Assembly (NCBI GenBank): GCA_046484865.1
Contig: JAWOID010000050.1
Span: forward strand, 1-11,637
From: Candidatus Krumholzibacteriia bacterium
Lineage (GTDB): Bacteria > Krumholzibacteriota > Krumholzibacteriia > LZORAL124-64-63
DNA length: 11,637 bases
Reading direction: 5' to 3'
The notes beneath the pieces are model-generated. The model was given only the letters and a program-made list of their open reading frames with translations. It searched no databases and had not been told where the DNA came from. A program made the position numbers and the translations under genes. How positions within the stretch are numbered: the stretch's first letter is position 1; each line of letters starts with the position of its first letter. Shown here one piece after another: positions 7,687-11,637 of the stretch.

Positions 7687-9040
7687 GCTCGCCCTCCTTC
7701 TGCCGCAGCAGCCGGTCGAGGGCGCGGAACCCCGCGCGCAGGAGTCGCTCGCGGACCTCGGCGGGTCCCGGGTCGGGAAGGGTGTGACCCGCGAACTGGG
7801 GCGCCAGGGCTCGCTCGCGGAGCGTGCCGACCGCACGGTCCAGCAGGTCCTGCGCAGCGGGTTCGCCGGCCTCGAGCTCGAGCAGACGGCGAGCCAGGAG
7901 CCCCGGCAGATCCTCGTGGCGCGCCAGCCTCGTCAGGTCCCAGGCCGGCCGGGCGCGGACCTGGATCGCGGCCAGGAATGCCGTCGCCTGCCCGCGGTGC
8001 CGCGGCGGCAGGTCGCCCGCGAGCCGGGCGGCGGCCGCCTCCACCGAGTCCAGGTCGCGGCAGCGACCGTCGAGTTCCAGGGTCACGGCCGCCACCACGT
8101 CCGCGGGTCCCGCGGCGGCCGCCAGGATCTCGTCGAGGCGCGCCGGAACCTCCCGTTCAAGGTCGCGCTCCGGGTCGTGCCACTCGTCGGTGGCGAGAGC
8201 CGTGCGTTCCCAGCGGAGCGGCGCGAGGGGAAGGTGCTCCGCGGCGATCGTCCCGCCGCGGGTCACCGTCAGCAGCCACGGGCCATGAGGGCCGGTCTCG
8301 GACGGATCGAGCCCCACCACCGAGCCCAGATAGCCGCAGACCTGCAGGGTTCCGCCGCCGGGAGGGGCGAGGTCGGGACGGTGGATGTGCCCCAGCAGCC
8401 ACCCCTGGACGGGAGCGTTCGCGAGCTCCGCGCGGGAGACCGGCGCGTACCGGCTGCCGGAGGCGTCGAGGTCGGCGTGCAGCAGGCCCAGCCTCGCCGC
8501 CACCGGGACGTCGCCGGGAGGAAGTGATTCGGCCAGCGGGCTGGTGGTCACGTGCGACCGGGGAAAGCTCCATCCGACCACCTCGACCGGGGGGCCGCCG
8601 CCGGCGCCGCCGCCGGCATCGCCGCCGCCGGCGCCGCCGCCGCCGGCATCGCCGCCGACGATGGCGCTCTGCCAGCGACCGTCGGCGCCGAGCAGCGTGA
8701 GACCCGGCAGGTGTGCCGCCAGCCTGGGCAACACGGCCACGTCGTGATTCCCGGCCACGGCCAGCACCGGGATCCCGCCCGCGTGCAGGCGCTCCACTCC
8801 CCGCTGCAACTGGCCCCAGGCCTCGAAGCGGGCGTTCTCGGAGTCGACGAGGTCGCCGGCGAGCAGCACGGCGTCCACGCGGCGCGCCAGCGCTTCCTCC
8901 ACCGACCGCGCCCAGGCCGCGCCGGGGCCGAGATCGGCCAGGCTCCGGCCCAGGAGGTCGCAGACGCCGGCGACGCGAGCCGGGGCCCGACCCAGATGCA
9001 TGTCGCCGATGGCGAGGATTCGCGTCGAATCTGCGGACAC
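7673..9040 (-). CDS. Mre11/SbcD/YhaO-family metallophosphoesterase (DNA exonuclease), ~455 aa
   Basis: Calcineurin-like motifs GDMHLG, AGDLVD, AGNHD, LLHAD and LGHIH, followed by YLGSVVGLDPSETGPHG. GTG 9040 after AGGAGG. Confidence 0.92.
   Translation of the reverse strand: MSADSTRILAIGDMHLGRAPARVAGVCDLLGRSLADLGPGAAWARSVEEALARRVDAVLLAGDLVDSENARFEAWGQLQRGVERLHAGGIPVLAVAGNHDVAVLPRLAAHLPGLTLLGADGRWQSAIVGGDAGGGGAGGGDAGGGAGGGPPVEVVGWSFPRSHVTTSPLAESLPPGDVPVAARLGLLHADLDASGSRYAPVSRAELANAPVQGWLLGHIHRPDLAPPGGGTLQVCGYLGSVVGLDPSETGPHGPWLLTVTRGGTIAAEHLPLAPLRWERTALATDEWHDPERDLEREVPARLDEILAAAAGPADVVAAVTLELDGRCRDLDSVEAAAARLAGDLPPRHRGQATAFLAAIQVRARPAWDLTRLARHEDLPGLLARRLLELEAGEPAAQDLLDRAVGTLRERALAPQFAGHTLPDPGPAEVRERLLRAGFRALDRLLRQKEGERATA
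8594..8656. repeat. In-frame imperfect 27-30 bp tandem duplication encoding a Gly-rich insert
   Basis: (gcc)n-ggc-(gcc)n-ggcatc occurs twice and translates as GGDAGGGGAGGGDAGGGAGGG on the minus strand. Confidence 0.85.
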
Positions 9041-9113
9041 GCGGCGCCCTCCTGGCGCGCACCGCCGGGTCGGCAGTGCTCCCATCCCCGTCGAGGTCAT
9101 GCCGTGCTCGAAC

Positions 9114-10172
9114 CTAGTGGATATCGACGCACGGATCGTTTTCGGCGCTCGCCCGGACCTCGCCGATCACCTCGGCACAGGGGGCGCCCGCCTCGCGCAC
9201 GGCGGCCCGCAGATCGTCCAGCCGGTCGGCCGGTACCGCGACCAGCAGTCCGCCGCTGGTCTGGGGATCATCGATCAATCCCGCCATGCCCGCCGGTAGA
9301 TCGGGCGCGAAGCGCACCCGCCCGGCCCCGAAGGCCGCGTTGGTCTTGGTGCCGCCGCAGGTGAAACCCTCGGCGCAGAGCAGCGCCGCCCGCGGCAACT
9401 GCGGGACGGCGGACGACTCGATGACCAGGCAGGTTCCGCTCCCCAGCGCCATCTCCAGCGCGTGGCCGCTGAGGCCGAAGCCGGTGACGTCGGTGCAGGC
9501 CGTGGCGCCGAGATCGAACAGGATGCGGCCCCAGACGTTCAGCGTGGTCATCACGTCGGTGAGCGTCTGCAGGTCGTCCGCCGGCAGCTTGCCGGCCCTG
9601 GCCGCGGCCACCAGGGCGCCCGTCCCCAGCGGCTTGGTGAGCACCAGCCGGTCGCCGGGGCGCGCGGTGCTGTTGCGCAGCACGCGATCGGGATGGACGA
9701 GGCCGGTGACGGCGAGGCCGAACTTCACCTCGTCGTCGCGGACGCTGTGCCCGCCGCCCACCACGCAGCCCGCCTCGTGACAGGTTTCGGCGCCGCCACG
9801 GAGGATCTCGCCCAGGATGGCGTTCGGAACACCGGCGGGGGGGTAGCCCAGCAGGTTGAGAGCCAGCAGGGGGGTGGCGCCCATGGCGTAGATGTCGCTC
9901 AGCGAGTTCGCGGCGGCCACGCGCCCGAAGGCGTGGGGGTCGTCCACCACCGGGGTGATGAAGTCCACGGTGGAAACGACGGCGCGCTCGGCGTCCAGAC
10001 GGTAGACGGCGGCGTCGTCGGCCGTCTCGAACCCCACGAGCAGGTCCGGGGCGGCTTCCTTGCGGATCGCGGCGAGGATCTCGCCCAGGTCCCCCGGGCT
10101 CAGCTTGGCCGCTCAGCCGGCGCTCTTGGCGAACCGGGTCAGCGCGACGAGCCGGCGTTCGGATTCCGACAT
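9114..10172 (-). CDS. selD: Selenophosphate synthetase SelD, selenocysteine-containing (352 aa, U20)
   Basis: AGGAGGT RBS, ATG 10172: MSESERRLVALTRFAKSAG-UGA-AAKLSPGDL..., continuing in frame into the 9114-10037 ORF (DDAAVY, TVDFITP, AAANSLSDIYAMG, GGHS, LTKPLGTG, TDVTGFGLSGH, DPQTSGGLL). The UGA (10115-10113) sits at the catalytic Cys/Sec of the G(C/U)xxK motif. Confidence 0.96.
10069..10112 (-). promoter_or_regulatory. Candidate bacterial SECIS element of selD
   Basis: Immediately 3' of the UGA: lower stem GCGGC/GCCGC and apical stem GCCCGGG-(GGA)-CCUGGGC (10099-10083) with a G-containing loop. Confidence 0.75.
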
Positions 10173-10238
10173 GACACCTCCTCTCCGCCACGGCGCGGCC
10201 GGCGCGAAGCCATCCGGCGGCGGGCATCCTGGCGCGGC

Positions 10239-10268
10239 AGTCTAACCGAGGCCACGGTCCGGGCGCAA
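10239..10268 (-). promoter_or_regulatory. Candidate sigma70-type promoter for selD
   Basis: TTGCGC (10268-10263)-N18-TAGACT (10244-10239). Confidence 0.5.
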
Positions 10269-10271
10269 GTT

Positions 10272-10384
10272 CGCCGGTCCCGAGGCGCCGGTCCCGGGAT
10301 CGCCGGTCCCGTCACGCGGGTCCCGGGTTCGCCGGTCCCGCCGCGCCGGTTCCGCCCGCGCCGGTCCCTCCCGCGCCGGTCCCG
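10272..10384. repeat. Intergenic tandem array, 8 copies of CGCCGGTCCCG with 3-4 nt variable linkers
   Basis: Copies start at 10272, 10286, 10301, 10315, 10330, 10344, 10359 and 10374. Periods are 14,15,14,15,14,15,15. Three copies carry one mismatch. Confidence 0.92.
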
Positions 10385-10394
10385 GCGCGCGGGG

Positions 10395-10450
10395 CTGACG
10401 TCGCTGCTCGTCCTGGCTATGCTGGAATCGTCCTGGCCATGCTGGAATCG
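10395..10450 (+). promoter_or_regulatory. Candidate promoter for DUF2784 with a 20-bp tandem duplication over the -10
   Basis: CTGACG (10395-10400)-N17-TATGCT (10418-10423). TCGTCCTGGCYATGCTGGAA is repeated at 10408-10427 and 10428-10447. Confidence 0.55.
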
Positions 10451-10527
10451 GGGTGCCGCCCCACCCCCGGGCCCCGCGAGTCCGTGCGGGCCCCAACCGC
10501 GCGGGCGGAGAGGAGATCGCCTCTGCC

Positions 10528-10944
10528 ATGATCCCGGTCGACCCCGGCACCAGGGAGACGCTCCAGCGGCTGGCGGCCGACGCGATCCTCGCGGTCCACG
10601 CGCTGTTCGTGGCCTTCGTCGTCATCGGGCAGCTCGCGATCCTCATCGGGCTGCTCGCGCGGAGGCGGTGGGCGCGCAACTTCCGCTTCCGCGTCGTCCA
10701 CCTCGCCTGCGTCCTCTACGTCACCGTGCAGACCTGGCTGGGGATCACGTGTCCGCTCACCACCTGGGAGAACGCGCTGCGGGCGACCGCCGGCGAGAGG
10801 GGCTACGAGTACGGGTTCATCGCCGGGTGGCTGGACCGCCTCATCTTCTACCAGGCCGAGCCGTGGGTGTTCACCCTGCTCTACAGCCTGTTCGGCGTCG
10901 CCGTGGTGGTGACCTGGATCGCCGCCCCGCCGCGGCGGCGATGA
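10528..10944 (+). CDS. DUF2784-family membrane protein
   Basis: LAADAILAVHALFVAFVVIG...FRVVHL...CPLTTWENALR..AG...Y..GFI..WL.RLIFY is the characteristic pattern. GGAGAGGAG upstream of ATG 10528. Confidence 0.88.
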   Translation: MIPVDPGTRETLQRLAADAILAVHALFVAFVVIGQLAILIGLLARRRWARNFRFRVVHLACVLYVTVQTWLGITCPLTTWENALRATAGERGYEYGFIAGWLDRLIFYQAEPWVFTLLYSLFGVAVVVTWIAAPPRRR

Positions 10945-11021
10945 CGGCCGCCGCCCGTCCGTCAGCCATGGCCGATCCTGCGCGGCAGCAGCCGGGCCGC
11001 CAGCACGGATCCTCCTTCAGT

Positions 11022-11060
11022 TGCGAATAAAAGAATAATCGCAGATACAAGACGGCGCAA
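11022..11060 (-). promoter_or_regulatory. Sigma70-type promoter overlapped by a palindromic operator
   Basis: Minus strand TTGCGC (11060-11055)-N17-TATTCT (11037-11032). Imperfect palindrome TGCGAATA-N6-TAATCGCA at 11022-11043. AAGGAGGA RBS downstream. Confidence 0.6.
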
Positions 11061-11088
11061 GTCTGGTTTTTCGGCTTGCGTGGGCGGC

Positions 11089-11631
11089 ATGGCACACTAT
11101 CTCCGGACCGGGCAAGAGCGCTGCTACGACGCCGAGGGGGCGGTCGTGGCCTGCGCGGCGACCGGTCAGGACGGCGAGTTGCGGCCGGGCGAGCCATGGC
11201 CGTGCCCGCGCTTCGAGGTGCTGGGAGAGAGCGTCCGCGACCGCGCCACCGGCCTGATCTGGAGCCGGACGGCCAACTGCGCCGGCTGGCCGCTCACCGG
11301 GGACGAGACCGGCGCCTGGCTCGCCGGCCTCAACCGCGACGAGTTCGGCGGCCATCGCGACTGGCGCCTGCCGAACCGGCGCGAGTTGCTGAGCCTGGTC
11401 AGCCATCAGGAGCGCGAGCCGGCGTTGCCCGCGGGGCATCCGTTCACCGGCGTCTTCCTGGGCTGGTACTGGTCGGGCACTCCGACCGCGCGTCACCCCG
11501 GCCAGTCATGGGCGCTGCAGATCACCGGCGGGGGCATCATCCCGTTCGTCGTGATCCAGGTGATCGCCGTGTTGCTGGTCGCGCTCTTCCCTGGGATCGT
11601 GTCGACGTTGCCGGCACTGGCGCAGCGCTGA
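11089..11631 (+). CDS. DUF1566 (Lcl C-terminal-like) domain protein, apparently truncated and fused to a TRAP DctM-like C-terminal helix
   Basis: TGQERCYD...CAATGQDGE leader, then VRDRATGLIW, GGHRDWRLPNRRELLSL and YWSGT...SW (Lcl motifs). After ~11530 the sequence is GIIPFVVIQVIAVLLVALFPGIVSTLP, resembling the DctM terminal TM segment. Confidence 0.75.
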   Translation: MAHYLRTGQERCYDAEGAVVACAATGQDGELRPGEPWPCPRFEVLGESVRDRATGLIWSRTANCAGWPLTGDETGAWLAGLNRDEFGGHRDWRLPNRRELLSLVSHQEREPALPAGHPFTGVFLGWYWSGTPTARHPGQSWALQITGGGIIPFVVIQVIAVLLVALFPGIVSTLPALAQR

Positions 11632-11637
11632 ACCTCG

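Noticed and set aside
4138..9040. Assignment to a named defence system (Wadjet, Lamassu, Dnd, Gabija) or canonical sbcCD
   Set aside because: Partner genes (kleisin/KITE/JetD, DndBCE, UvrD helicase) are absent and there is no CxxC hook. The architecture fits YhaO/YhaN-like pairs better.
10113..10115. selD as a nonsense pseudogene
   Set aside because: The UGA is exactly at the catalytic Cys/Sec position and is followed by a SECIS-like hairpin, and the rest of the gene is intact.
10272..10384. CRISPR array
   Set aside because: The 11-bp repeats with 3-4 nt linkers are far below CRISPR dimensions, and there are no cas genes.
4318..11030. Many long Arg/Pro/Gly-rich or antisense ORFs (e.g. 4318-5946, 6104-7543, 6925-8700, 9462-11030)
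   Set aside because: Expected from stop-codon scarcity in very GC-rich DNA. They overlap well-supported genes and have no motifs.

Overview
The window looks like a mosaic of at least two, probably three, source DNAs. Bases 1-~2005 are moderate-GC and Desulfobacterota-like. They carry a minus-strand mglB-mglA polarity GTPase module, followed by an unannotated helical-repeat ('LDWE') protein that runs off the window edge and is missing from the ORF track. From ~2005 the DNA is very GC-rich and encodes, in order: a truncated signal-peptide gene; a DUF2892/YgaP-like membrane protein; ispH; a two-Cys ArsR regulator; a minus-strand block of selenocysteine-containing SelD (in-frame UGA plus SECIS-like hairpin), an Mre11/YhaO-like metallophosphoesterase and a 1182-aa membrane-anchored YhaN/Rad50-like ATPase with an extra C-terminal domain; an 8-copy 14/15-bp intergenic repeat; DUF2784; and a DUF1566 (Lcl) gene that switches abruptly into a TRAP DctM-like C-terminus. 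Genes are broken mid-frame at ~2005 and ~11530, which suggests chimeric junctions or rearrangements. Family assignments come from motif recognition only; no searches were run.
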